Assembly (NCBI GenBank): GCA_963705305.1
Contig: OY970067.1
Location: 3,136,001 to 3,200,000, forward strand
Direction: 5' to 3'
From: an uncultured Methylomirabilota bacterium
GTDB taxonomy: Bacteria; Methylomirabilota; Methylomirabilia; Methylomirabilales; 2-02-FULL-66-22
DNA: 64,000 nt
The notes under the pieces are model-generated. The model saw only the letters and a program-made list of their open reading frames with translations. It searched no databases and had not been told where the DNA came from. The position numbers were made by a program, and so were the translations under genes. Below, one piece after another: positions 30,088 through 40,217 of the stretch (position 1 is the first letter of the stretch; every line of letters starts with the position of its first letter).

Positions 30088-30826
30088 TATCCTGACCCTC
30101 TTCCCGGGGATGTTCGAAGGACCGCTCCGGGAGAGCATCCTGCAGCGGGCCCAGGACAAGGGGGCGGTCGCCATCCGGGTGCACGATCTCCGCTCCTGGA
30201 CCTCCGACCGGCACCACGTGGTGGACGATGCGCCTTACGGGGGCGGATCCGGCATGGTCCTGAAGCCGGAGCCCGTCTTCGAGGCGGTGGAGAGCTTGCG
30301 GCGGGGGGCGGAGAGCACGGTCGTCGTGCTCACTCCCCAGGGGATCCCGTTCCGGCAGCGGTTGGCCGTCGAGCTGGCGCGGCAGCCGCACCTGATTCTC
30401 GTCTGCGGCCGCTACGAGGGATTCGACGACCGCATTCCGCATGGGCTCCGTGCGTTGGAGCTGTCCATCGGCGACTATGTCCTGACGGGGGGGGAACTGC
30501 CCGCGCTGGTGGTGCTGGATGCGGTGGTCCGCTTGATCCCGGGGGTGCTGGGCGCCGAGGATTCCGCCCAGGCGGATTCGTTCGCGGCGGGGCTCCTGGA
30601 GTATCCGCACTACACCCGGCCCCTCGTGTACCGCGGGATGGCGGTGCCGTCGGTGCTGCTTTCGGGGGATCACCAGGCCGTCGCCCGCTGGCGGCGCAAG
30701 GAGGCGATCCGGCGGACCAGGGAGCGACGGCCCGATCTGTTGGCGGCGGCCAGCCTCTCCGGAGAAGACCGGGAACTCCTGGCCGAAGTTGAGGCGGAAG
30801 AGTCGGAGCCGGGCCGCACCGCTTGA
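30074..30826 (+). CDS. trmD: tRNA (guanine-N1)-methyltransferase; probable CTG start
   Basis: FDILTLFP lies upstream of the first ATG (30110); DDAPYGGG, CGRYEG and SIGDYVLTGGE motifs. Confidence 0.95.
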   Translation: MSQFDILTLFPGMFEGPLRESILQRAQDKGAVAIRVHDLRSWTSDRHHVVDDAPYGGGSGMVLKPEPVFEAVESLRRGAESTVVVLTPQGIPFRQRLAVELARQPHLILVCGRYEGFDDRIPHGLRALELSIGDYVLTGGELPALVVLDAVVRLIPGVLGAEDSAQADSFAAGLLEYPHYTRPLVYRGMAVPSVLLSGDHQAVARWRRKEAIRRTRERRPDLLAAASLSGEDRELLAEVEAEESEPGRTA

Positions 30827-30918
30827 ACGACAGGGGGTCCGGCCCACGACGGGGTCGTGAACTCATCCTCGCTGGCCCGGGGGACAGGGCCTGAGAAAAA
30901 GTACTGGAGGGCACGCAC

Positions 30919-31269
30919 ATGTCGGCACTGATCCAGGCGGTCGAAGAGAAGCACCTGCGGACTGATCTGCCTCCCTTCAAGCCGGGGGACACGGTGAAGG
31001 TTCAGGTGCGGGTGGTGGAGGGAGACAAGGAGCGCTTGCAGGCCTTCGAGGGCATCTGCATCCGGAAGCGGGGCGGCGGCCTCAGCGCCACCTTCACCGT
31101 CCGCAAGGTGACCTACGGCGTCGGGGTCGAGCGCACCTTCCCTATCCACTCTCCGAGCATCGACCGCATCGAAGTTCTGCGGCACGGCCAGGTGCGGCGG
31201 GCCAAGCTCTACTATCTGCGCGGGCTCCGCGGCAAGGCCGCTCGTCTCAAGGAGCGGCGCATCTCCTAG
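30919..31269 (+). CDS. rplS: 50S ribosomal protein L19
   Basis: [24 protein letters not shown] and [10 protein letters not shown]. Confidence 0.97.
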   Translation: MSALIQAVEEKHLRTDLPPFKPGDTVKVQVRVVEGDKERLQAFEGICIRKRGGGLSATFTVRKVTYGVGVERTFPIHSPSIDRIEVLRHGQVRRAKLYYLRGLRGKAARLKERRIS

Positions 31270-31301
31270 CCGGCCGATGCCGGAGGGTGGGCGCGTTCTG
31301 C

Positions 31302-32000
31302 ATGTCCAATTCCCGCACGGTCCGGCGCTCCCAACGCCGCGGGCTGGCGGTGGGGCTCCCGGTGCTGCCGGGGTCCGACGAGGAGCCGCCGGGCTGCCGC
31401 TCCGGGCATCCCAGGCTTGCCGGCGTGGACGAGGCGGGACGCGGCTGCCTGGCGGGACCGGTCGTTGCCGCGGCGGTCATCTTGCCCCTGCGGTACGCCC
31501 TGCCGGGACTGACGGACAGCAAGCTCCTGACCCCCCGTGGGCGAGAGCGGCTGGCAGAGGCGATCCGGGCGGTGGCCGTGTCCATCGGTGTGGCGTCCGT
31601 GGAGGCGCCCGAGATCGACGCCACCAATATCCTGCGCGCGACGCTCCGGGCCATGACGGCGGCGGTCGAGCGGCTGGATCCCCGCCCCGAGGTGGTCCTG
31701 GTGGATGGGAATGTGGCGCCTCCCCTGTCGATACCGGCCCGTGCGGTGATTCGCGGCGACCTGACCGTCCCGGCGATTTCCGCCGCCTCGATCATCGCCA
31801 AGGTGAACCGGGACCACCTCATGGAGCAGTGGGGGATCCGGTTTCCCGACTACCAGTTCGCACGCCACAAGGGATACGGGACAGCGGTGCACCGTGCGCT
31901 CATCGCCAAGCACGGGCCGTGTCCGATCCACCGCCTGAGCTTCGCCGGCGTAAGAGAGTACGCGACATCCGCCCCGACGCGACAGAGGAGCCTGTGGTGA
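31302..32000 (+). CDS. rnhB: Ribonuclease HII
   Basis: GVDEAGRG, DSK, VDG, AASIIAKV and HKGYGT; start uncertain. Confidence 0.93.
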   Translation: MSNSRTVRRSQRRGLAVGLPVLPGSDEEPPGCRSGHPRLAGVDEAGRGCLAGPVVAAAVILPLRYALPGLTDSKLLTPRGRERLAEAIRAVAVSIGVASVEAPEIDATNILRATLRAMTAAVERLDPRPEVVLVDGNVAPPLSIPARAVIRGDLTVPAISAASIIAKVNRDHLMEQWGIRFPDYQFARHKGYGTAVHRALIAKHGPCPIHRLSFAGVREYATSAPTRQRSLW

Positions 32001-32383
32001 CGGAGGCGCGGCGGGCGCTGGGCCAGCAGGGGGAGGCGGAAGCCCGACGATACCTCGAACGCCGCGGCGTGCGGATTCTGGCCGTCAACTTCAGCTGCAC
32101 GGCCGGCGAGATCGACCTGATCGGGCAGGACGGGGATACCCTCCTCTTCATCGAGGTCAAGACGCGCGTATCGGCGGCCTTCGGTCCGCCGCACCTGGCG
32201 GTGCACCGACGCAAGCAGCGGCAGATCGCTCGGGCCGCGCAATGGTTCTTGGCGGAAAAGCGGTTGGGAGAGGTGGACTGCCGGTTCGACGTGCTGGCCG
32301 TGACGTTCCCCGAAGAAAGGACCAACCCGCACATCGAGTGGGTGCGGGATGCGTTCCCGGCGGAGGGGGAGCAGCTCTTCTGA
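31997..32383 (+). CDS. yraN: YraN family endonuclease-like protein
   Basis: G..GE..A..YL, GEIDLI, FIEVK and RFDV. Confidence 0.9.
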   Translation: MTEARRALGQQGEAEARRYLERRGVRILAVNFSCTAGEIDLIGQDGDTLLFIEVKTRVSAAFGPPHLAVHRRKQRQIARAAQWFLAEKRLGEVDCRFDVLAVTFPEERTNPHIEWVRDAFPAEGEQLF

Positions 32384-32432
32384 GGATCCTCGCCAGAGGT
32401 ATACAGGAAGGCCGTCGCCCCGTCCGGGTATG

Positions 32433-32460
32433 CAATGACCAATTGCCGATGACGAATGCC
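32433..32460. repeat. Degenerate heptamer tandem repeat (CAATGAC-like)
   Basis: CAATGAC CAATTGC CGATGAC GAATGCC. Confidence 0.45.
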
Positions 32461-32527
32461 CGGTGGTGGTAAGGCATGCATTGCACCTGGCCCGCCCCGG
32501 GCGGAGCAACAGGTGGAGGGAACCGCG

Positions 32528-32986
32528 GTGCGCGACATCCTGAGCGGTGTGACATTCTTCAAGGACCTCTCGCCCGAGGAGCTCGACCGTATCATCGCCA
32601 TCGGCCGCGAGGTGACCTACCCCAAGGATATGGCCCTGTTCAAAGAAGGGGACCGGGGAGAGGCCCTGTACATCGTCCTGGAGGGCTCGGTCAAGATCAC
32701 CAAGTCGGTGGGAGAAGCGGGGAAGGAGGCCATGGCCTTCGTGGAGCGGGGGGGATGCTTCGGCGAGATGGCGCTGATCGACGAATTTCCGCGGTCGGCG
32801 ACGGCCATCGCCAACCAGGACTGCAGGATCCTGTTCTTGGACAAGGATGCATTGATCGATCTCCTCGAGCACGACCATGCCATCGCCACCAAGATCCTGT
32901 GGGCCTTCTGTCGGCTGCTCTCCCTGCGCCTGCGTGAGACCAGCGACCGGATCGTTGCCCTCTCCTCCTTCTCGCGGCCGTCCTGA
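32528..32986 (+). CDS. Cyclic nucleotide-binding domain protein
   Basis: LFKEGD, LYIVLEGSV and FGEMALIDEFPRSATA; no C-terminal HTH. Confidence 0.9.
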   Translation: MRDILSGVTFFKDLSPEELDRIIAIGREVTYPKDMALFKEGDRGEALYIVLEGSVKITKSVGEAGKEAMAFVERGGCFGEMALIDEFPRSATAIANQDCRILFLDKDALIDLLEHDHAIATKILWAFCRLLSLRLRETSDRIVALSSFSRPS

Positions 32987-33159
32987 ATCCGTCTTTCCAT
33001 CGGGGGAGGGGGTTCGCGCCTGCCGCGGGGATGGAGCCCGTCCGCCCATGGGATGAGGAGGCTGGCCACGCGCGGCGCGCGTTCGACACCTCCTGGTTCC
33101 TCGAGTAGAGTGAAATGCAGAGTTCAGTTTGGATCCGTCATTCCCAGTGGAGGCGTGGC

Positions 33160-34335
33160 ATGCAGAGCCCTGCATCCCCGATCGGAGATCCCCGGTCCGG
33201 TCGCCATGCCGGCCTCGTCCTCGGCGTTGCCATGGTTGCGGCGATGCTGGCAGCCGTGCCGCCGGCCCGGGCGGCCGATCAGCCGGCGGGTGCCGCCTGC
33301 CAGGAGGCCATCCCGGACCTCTACGACCGGGTGTCCCCCGCGGTGGTGTCCATCACGGCCCGGTCCATCAATCCGTATCAGCCGACCGAGCGGGTCACGC
33401 ACGTGGTGGGCTCGGGGGTGATCATCGATCCGAAAGGACTCATCCTCACCAACGCCCACGTGGTCTTCGGGCGGCAGGCCATCGTGGTGACGCTGGACGA
33501 TGGGACCAATCTGCCAGGACAGCTCGTCGGGGCCGACCCGATCTTCGATATTGCCCTGGTCCGCATCCCCGCCCCCACGTCCGGGACCCTTCCCACCGCC
33601 ACGCCGGGGGACTCGGACCACCTACGCGTGGGCGAGGAGGTCCTGGCCATCGGCAATCCGTTGGGATTGGATCAGACGCTGACGCGCGGGATCGTCTCCG
33701 GGATCAATCGGATCCTGCCCAACACCGCGCTCTCCCTGATGGAGCCGCTGATCCAGACCGATGCCCCCATCAACCCCGGCAACTCGGGGGGGCCGCTGGT
33801 CAACCGGTGCGGGGAGATCGTGGGCATCACCACGGCCATCCTGCCCGAAGCGCAGAACATCGGGTTCGCCATTCCCATCAACCTGGTCAAGAGCATGCTG
33901 CCGGAGTTGCTCCGGAATGGGCGGATCATCCGGCCCTGGCTGGGATTCCAGGCGCAGCTGGTGGGCAGGCCGCTGCGGGAGATCCTGCGCCTCCCTCTGG
34001 TGGACGGCCTCATGGTGGAGGTTGTGGATCCAGGCGGACCGGCGGAAAAGGCGGGCATCCACGGAGGGGAAGCCGAGGTGATGATCGGCGACCACACCTT
34101 CCTCGTCGGCGGCGACATCGTCACCGGCATCAACGAGATCCGGGTGAATGCTCCCGACAACCTGGTGCAAGCGATGCAAGGGCTTAAGGTGGGTATGATC
34201 GTCCGACTGACGGTCTTTAGGGACGGGACCTATCGCGAGGTCTCCTACGAGCTGCCGGAGCGGCCGCTCCTGCCGGCGGACACGCCGGGCAGAGAATCGC
34301 TCCCGATCCTGCGCGGCCTGAACCATCGCCCCTAG
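33160..34335 (+). CDS. HtrA/DegS-like serine protease with one PDZ domain
   Basis: Catalytic triad motifs TNAHVV, DIAL and INPGNSGG; signal peptide; PDZ; start uncertain. Confidence 0.93.
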   Translation: MQSPASPIGDPRSGRHAGLVLGVAMVAAMLAAVPPARAADQPAGAACQEAIPDLYDRVSPAVVSITARSINPYQPTERVTHVVGSGVIIDPKGLILTNAHVVFGRQAIVVTLDDGTNLPGQLVGADPIFDIALVRIPAPTSGTLPTATPGDSDHLRVGEEVLAIGNPLGLDQTLTRGIVSGINRILPNTALSLMEPLIQTDAPINPGNSGGPLVNRCGEIVGITTAILPEAQNIGFAIPINLVKSMLPELLRNGRIIRPWLGFQAQLVGRPLREILRLPLVDGLMVEVVDPGGPAEKAGIHGGEAEVMIGDHTFLVGGDIVTGINEIRVNAPDNLVQAMQGLKVGMIVRLTVFRDGTYREVSYELPERPLLPADTPGRESLPILRGLNHRP

Positions 34336-34526
34336 CAGGCTGCTGAAAAAGGCCCATCTGCCGCGTTGGCGCGCTCGGGCACTCGCTGCGGCGTACCGGA
34401 AGTACGCCTTGACCCGCCTGTGGCGGGTGCCCCGCCCCGGGTACCCATCCCGAGGGATGGGTGACGCCGCCTTGCATCTGGACCTTTTTGAGCAGCCTGG
34501 GCGAAGACGAGTTTTTCAGCGTCCTG
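34336..34526. mobile_element. MITE flanked by CTAG direct repeats
   Basis: Ends CAGGCTGCTGAAAAA / TTTTTCAGCGTCCTG; CTAG at 34332-34335 and 34527-34530; extra internal end TTTTTGAGCAGCCTG. Confidence 0.7.
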
Positions 34527-34783
34527 CTAGGCCGCTGCACCCGCCGCCCACGGGCCCCCCTGCCCGTGCCCCGGTCGCGTCCTGACGGCTGCGGAGCGCC
34601 CCTCGCAAGGCTCTCTGCCGACTCATTGCAGGCCGACCCCGCCCCCTCCCTGAAGGGGGCTCGCCTTTCCCCGCGCAGTCAGGCCATCCACCGGCAGACA
34701 ACAGGGCGCGGCTGTGCTATTCTCTGCGGCCGAGTGCGGCCGTGTGTCGTCGAGGGCCGACGGCCCGGAGGAGCCTGAGGAAA

Positions 34784-36670
34784 ATGATGGTTGAACGAAG
34801 CCTCGCCGAGGTGGATTTTTCCGCCCTCTGCAGCCGGACGTTCTTCCCCTCGCCGTCGGCCTGGGAGGACCAAGTCCTCTATTCCTTGATGCTGGATCGC
34901 TTCTCTGACGGGAGCGAGGCGGGCTACAAGGGCAACTCCGGGCGCACGGTCAGGTCGGGAATGACGCCGCTGTTTGGGGCGCGGGATGCGGGAGGTGCGG
35001 TGCGGCGGCCGCAGGAGGCCGCCCGGTGGCGAGAGGCGGGGGCAGGCTGGGTCGGCGGAACCCTCCGGGGACTGGCAAGCAAGATGGGCTACCTGGCGCG
35101 GCTGGGCGTGACCGCGATTCGAGTGAGCCCGGTTTTCAGACAGGCGGCCTACGAGCGCACCTATCACGGCTATGGCGCCCAGAACTTCCTGGATGTGGAT
35201 CCGCACTTCGGCGGGCGCGAGGACCTGCGGCGTATGGTGGACGCCGCCCACCGGCACGGGATCTACGTGATCCTGGACATCGTACTTCAGCATGCGGGCA
35301 ACGTCTTCGCCTACGATCCCGGCCGGCACTGGACCTGGGACCAGCAGCGGGGAGTGTGGTACCTGGATCCCCGCTGGGACGGACGGCCCTACGCGGTGCA
35401 GGGCTTCAGGGATGCGCAGGGGCTCCCAGCCATTCCGTTTGTCGCGGCCGAGTGCCGGCCGGACGATCCGGCGTGGCCGGACGGCGCGATCTGGCCGATC
35501 GAATTCCGCGACCCCGCCCTGTTCAGCCGGCAGGGGCATCTCGTGAACTGGAATCACCGCCCCGAGTGTCTGGGGGCGGACTTCTTCGACTTCAAGGACC
35601 TTACGCTGGGCGAGGGACCCGACGAGGCGTACCGCCCCTCGCCCGCTCTCAGATTGCTCTGCCGGGTCACCGAGTTCTGGATCGCCTATGCCGATTTGGA
35701 CGGGCTCTGCGTGGGGTCGGTGAGGCATCTGGACCTGGGCGCGGTCCGCTTCCTGGCCTCGACGGTTCGCGAGTTCGCCCGGCGGCTGGGCAAGGAGCGC
35801 TTCTGGCTGATCGGCGAGATCACCGGCGACCGGGAGTCGGCGGTGGCGCTGCTGGAACAGAGCGGGCTGGACGCGGCCTCCGGGGTGGCCGGGATCCCCG
35901 ATGCGCTGGAATCGCTGAGCAAAGGCGCCGGGGATCCGCAGCGGTACTTCGAGACGTTCCGCCATTCCCTGCGGGTGCGGAAGGCCTCTCACACCTGGTT
36001 CCGCGACAAGCTCATTACCCACGTCGACGATTACGATCAGATCCGGAAGGGGCTCTGCAGGGCCCGCTTCTGCGCGGGAAGCGGCGCCTGGAAGAAGCTG
36101 GTCCTGGGCGCGCTGGCGCTCAACGTCACCACGCTGGGCATTCCGTGCATCTACTACGGCACCGAGCAGGGCTTCGACGGGGCGGGCGGCGACGACCGGT
36201 TCGTCCGCGAAGCGATGTTCGGAGGGACCTTTGGTCCCTTCCGGTCCCGCGGGCGTCACTGCTTCGATGAGGAGCATCCGATCTATCGAGCGCTGGCCGC
36301 CATCCTGGCCATCCGAAAGCAGCGGCCGATCCTGCGGCGCGGGCGCCAGTACCTGCGGGAGATCTCGGGCGACGGGGAGACGTTCGGGCTGCCGCAGCCG
36401 CTGGGGGGTGTGATGCGGTCGGTCGTTCCCTGGTCGCGCTTGCTGGACGATCAGGAAATGCTGCTGGCTGTCAACACCGATCCGGCGCGGTCCCAGACCG
36501 CCTGGGTGGTCGTGGACGCCGCTCTGCACCAAGACGGCGACCGGCTGAGGTGTCTCTACTCGACAGCGCCGCGTCAGATCGGCGAGGCGCTCCCCGTCAA
36601 GACGATCCGGCAGGGGCTGAACGCCGTCCGGCTCCGCGTCCCCGCGGCGGGGTTCGTCATCTACGAGTGA
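34784..36670 (+). CDS. GH13 alpha-amylase family protein, catalytic nucleophile apparently lost
   Basis: GGTLRG, YHGY, LDIVLQH and GIPCIYYGTEQ; region II reads DGLCVGSVRH. Confidence 0.85.
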   Translation: MMVERSLAEVDFSALCSRTFFPSPSAWEDQVLYSLMLDRFSDGSEAGYKGNSGRTVRSGMTPLFGARDAGGAVRRPQEAARWREAGAGWVGGTLRGLASKMGYLARLGVTAIRVSPVFRQAAYERTYHGYGAQNFLDVDPHFGGREDLRRMVDAAHRHGIYVILDIVLQHAGNVFAYDPGRHWTWDQQRGVWYLDPRWDGRPYAVQGFRDAQGLPAIPFVAAECRPDDPAWPDGAIWPIEFRDPALFSRQGHLVNWNHRPECLGADFFDFKDLTLGEGPDEAYRPSPALRLLCRVTEFWIAYADLDGLCVGSVRHLDLGAVRFLASTVREFARRLGKERFWLIGEITGDRESAVALLEQSGLDAASGVAGIPDALESLSKGAGDPQRYFETFRHSLRVRKASHTWFRDKLITHVDDYDQIRKGLCRARFCAGSGAWKKLVLGALALNVTTLGIPCIYYGTEQGFDGAGGDDRFVREAMFGGTFGPFRSRGRHCFDEEHPIYRALAAILAIRKQRPILRRGRQYLREISGDGETFGLPQPLGGVMRSVVPWSRLLDDQEMLLAVNTDPARSQTAWVVVDAALHQDGDRLRCLYSTAPRQIGEALPVKTIRQGLNAVRLRVPAAGFVIYE

Positions 36671-36772
36671 CGGCTGACGGCGCCAAGACGCGGCGGCAAG
36701 CGGGAGTGCCCCCGGCTGCTCTGGGCCTGAGGGAGCCTTCCGTGCGACCGGAGGACGGAGGTGGTGAGTGCC

Positions 36773-37775
36773 ATGACCCCCAAGGCGCGCTTCCTGGCGG
36801 GAATCCTGGGCGAGCGGGCGGACCGGACGCCCGTCGGCAGTCCGACCTCGGTGGCCACGCTGGATCAGATGCGGCTCACCGGCTCCGCCTTTCCGGCGGT
36901 CCACCTGGACGGGGCCGGAATGGCCAGACTGGCGATGGGCGCCCACGAGATCCTGGGCTACGACGCCATCATGCCGGTATTCAGCGTCGTTCAGGAGGCT
37001 GCGGCCCTGGGTTGCCAGGTGGACTGGGGGACGATCGACTCGATGCCGGACGTTCCGGACGCATCCCTGGACGGATCCCGAGGAGATCCGCATTCCCGGC
37101 GATTTCCTGGAGCGGCCCCCCATCCGCGCGGTCCTGGAGGCCATTCGGGCTCTCCGGGATGCGTATGGGGATCGGGTGGCCGTCATCGGCAAGGTGATGG
37201 GACCCTGGACGCTGTCGTATCACCTGCACGGCCTCGAAGATTTTCTGGCCGAGACGCTCCTCGAGCCCGACAAGGTGCGGCGCTTTCTGGACGGCCTCAA
37301 GGCCGTGCCCGTCCTGTTCGGGCGGGCACAGCTCGCCGCCGGGGCCGACCTCCTCTGCCTGGCGGATCACGCCACGGGGGACCTCGTGCGAGGCAGCGCG
37401 TACCGCGACTTCCTCCAGCCCATCCACCGGGAGCTGCTGGGGGAGCTGCGCGCGCCGGTCGTGCTCCATATTTGCGGCGACACGCTCGACCGCATCGGAC
37501 ACATCGCCGATGCCGGCTTTCCCGCGTTCCACTTCGACTCGAAAGTGGACACGGCCCGGGCCGTGCGGGCGGCGGGCGGACGCCTGTCGCTGGTCGGCAA
37601 CGTGAACAATCCCGAGGTCCTGTATCGTGGGACGCCGGATAGCGTAGCACGGCAGGCCCGCTCCGCGATGGAAGCCGGTGTTCGGGTGGTGGCGCCGGAG
37701 TGCGCCGTGCCGCTCGGCACGCCGCTCGAGAATCTCCGCGCAATCCTGCAGGCGGTGCGGCCGTCCGCCTCTTGA
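36773..37775 (+). CDS. MtaA/CmuA family methyltransferase (URO-D fold); frameshift near 37055
   Basis: EAAALGC..DWG, GPWTL, LHICG, GNVN and APEC; one extra base at 37053-37056 joins the two ORFs. Confidence 0.82.
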
Positions 37776-38039
37776 CGGCGCGGGTGGTCGGATGGGGCCG
37801 GCTGGTCGAGGGAGACGACCCGGCCGGCGCCCGGCGGATCCGGGCCTATGTCGTTCGACCCGGACCTCGCGGCGTTTGGGGTTGACAGGTTCGGGGGCCT
37901 TGGGTAGCGTCCCAGACCAGAATCCCGGCGTGGCGCCTGCTGTGCGGCCGGAGACCGCCGGGAGGGAGCCGTGTCCGGCAGGGTCAAGCGGTCTTCGAGC
38001 CGGGAAGCCGGCGGTTGCGGCGAAAGGAGACAAATCCAC

Positions 38040-39014
38040 ATGGCACGCGTACCGAGATTCGAGGTGATCGAGAAGTGGGAGAAGCTTCCGGCCGGATACG
38101 TCCATCGGGATGTGGACGGCGTGGCCGTGGATTCCAGGGATCGGGTCTACCTGATGACGCGGGGCGACGCCCGGGTCCTGGTCTATGACCGGGATGGGAA
38201 CTTCGTCATGTCCTGGGGCGAGAATATCTTCACGCCGCGGACCCACGGCATCACCATTGGGCCGGACGACTCCGTCTACACCGTGGACGACGGCGATCAC
38301 ACCGTGCGAAAGTTCACCGCCGACGGCAAGCCGCTCATGATGATCGGCACGCCCGGCGAGGCCTCCGACACCGGCTACGACAAGAAGACCCTGCAGAGCA
38401 TCCAGCGCGGCGGGCCGCCGTTCAACCGGCCCACCACCGTGGGCCTGGCACCGGATGGCGAGCTGTACGTTTCGGACGGGTACGGGAACGCCCGGGTGCA
38501 CCGGTTTTCCCCTGACGGCAAGCTGATCCGATCCTGGGGCGAGCCGGGCACCGGCCCGGGCCAGTTCCACCTGCCGCACTCCGTGCGCGTCGCCCCCGAC
38601 GGCCGCGTTCTGGTGGCCGACCGCGAGAACGATCGGATCCAGATTTTCAGCCGGGATGGACGGTTCCTGGAGGAATGGACCCACGTCCAGCGACCCACCG
38701 ACATCTGCATCGACCGCGACGGCCTGGTATATGTCTCCAATCTGTGGTGGCGAGTGGGCCAGGCCTCTTTCGTCCGCGGCCCGATCCGGTACGACCTGCC
38801 CGGGGGGCTGACCATTCTGGATCTTCAGGGGAACGTGCTGTTCCGCTGGTGCAGTGCCGATCGGTGCGCGCCCGGCGCGTTCATCGCGCCCCATTGCCTG
38901 GCCGTGGACTCGCGGGGCGATCTGTACGTGGGGGAGGTGACCCATACCTTCGCCGTCCAGTTCAATCAGGTCCCGCCCGACGCCCACACCTTCCAGAAGT
39001 TCGTGAGGAAGTAG
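38040..39014 (+). CDS. NHL-repeat beta-propeller (peptidyl-alpha-hydroxyglycine lyase-like)
   Basis: HGI, FNRPT, SDGYGNARVH, PHS and DRENDRIQIF repeats. Confidence 0.88.
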   Translation: MARVPRFEVIEKWEKLPAGYVHRDVDGVAVDSRDRVYLMTRGDARVLVYDRDGNFVMSWGENIFTPRTHGITIGPDDSVYTVDDGDHTVRKFTADGKPLMMIGTPGEASDTGYDKKTLQSIQRGGPPFNRPTTVGLAPDGELYVSDGYGNARVHRFSPDGKLIRSWGEPGTGPGQFHLPHSVRVAPDGRVLVADRENDRIQIFSRDGRFLEEWTHVQRPTDICIDRDGLVYVSNLWWRVGQASFVRGPIRYDLPGGLTILDLQGNVLFRWCSADRCAPGAFIAPHCLAVDSRGDLYVGEVTHTFAVQFNQVPPDAHTFQKFVRK

Positions 39015-39499
39015 CGGCTCGGGGTGCCGGCTGTGCGGCGCGGGCCGGCGCCTTGCGGGAGACTCCACACGGGGAGGGGCGATGACAGGTGGCTCCTCCC
39101 GGTTCCGCTTGGTCGGCCGTCCCCCGACGCCCCGACCGGCGGGGCCGCAAGGGATAACCGTTCCGAAGCTCCCAATCTGTCGATCCGGCCGAACCGCTGC
39201 ACCGGCCCGAATCCCCTTGACCGGAAAGCAAAAAACGGGAGGGGGCTTCCGGCCGGTCGGGCAGGGTCCGGCAACTGGCACGACGCGTGGCGGGGGCTCG
39301 TTCCGGGGGCGGCTTGGCAGATCAGCCTTCGTTCCCGGGAAGGCGAGGGTGGTTCGGGGGGGCCCGTTGGCGCCGGCCTGCGGCGCGCAGGAATCGGCAT
39401 CGAGAGGAAGGTGGCAGGCCCGGAGAGCTAGAAGACGACCGCCTCCCCCCTACCCATCGAGCGGATGGAACAGGAGGACTTCTTCGCCCGGGATGTCTC

Positions 39500-40213
39500 T
39501 CATTCTTCGCCGAGGTAGTACTTGCGGACGCTCTCGTTGTCGATTAGCTCCCTCGCTGTTCCGGTCAGGGTGATCTCCCCATTTACCATCACGTATCCCC
39601 GGTGGGCGACGGTAAGGGCTGCCTTTGAATTCTGCTCGACGAGCAAAATGGTCGTGCCATCCTGATTGATTTTCCTGATGGTGGCGAAGATGTCCTTGAC
39701 GATGAGCGGCGCCAGCCCAAGGGACGGCTCGTCCATCAAAAGGAGCTTGGGGCTAGACATGAGCGCTCTGCCCACTGCGAGCATCTGCTGCTCTCCACCG
39801 CTCAGCGTCCCGGCCTCTTGACCCTGCCGCTCCTTGAGTCGCGGAAAGAGGGCATAGACGTAGTCCAGGCCCCGCTCGAGTTTCCGCTCCTTGCTGAAGG
39901 CACCCAGGAAGAGATTTTCTTTGACCGTAAGCTTCGGGAAGACGTGGCGTCCCTCCAGGACGTGCGTAATGCCGGTGAGGGCAATCCGTTCGGCCCGTTT
40001 GCTGGCAATGCTCTCGTTCTCGAAGAGGATGCGCCCTTTCGTGGGGCGCCGAAGCAGGCCCGAGATGCAGCGGAGCGTGGTCGTTTTTCCTGCGCCATTC
40101 GAGCCGAGGATGGCGACAATCTCTCCGGGCGCCACCGTGAGGTGGATGCCCTTCAGGGCGTGATTGGCCCCGTAATAAAAATGGAGGTTTTCGATGGCGA
40201 GGAGGGCGCTCAT
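39500..40213 (-). CDS. livF: Branched-chain amino acid ABC transporter ATPase, LivF-type
   Basis: GSNGAGKT, LSGGEQQM and DEPSLGLAP. Confidence 0.92.
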   Translation of the reverse strand: MSALLAIENLHFYYGANHALKGIHLTVAPGEIVAILGSNGAGKTTTLRCISGLLRRPTKGRILFENESIASKRAERIALTGITHVLEGRHVFPKLTVKENLFLGAFSKERKLERGLDYVYALFPRLKERQGQEAGTLSGGEQQMLAVGRALMSSPKLLLMDEPSLGLAPLIVKDIFATIRKINQDGTTILLVEQNSKAALTVAHRGYVMVNGEITLTGTARELIDNESVRKYYLGEE

Positions 40214-40217
40214 CGGG

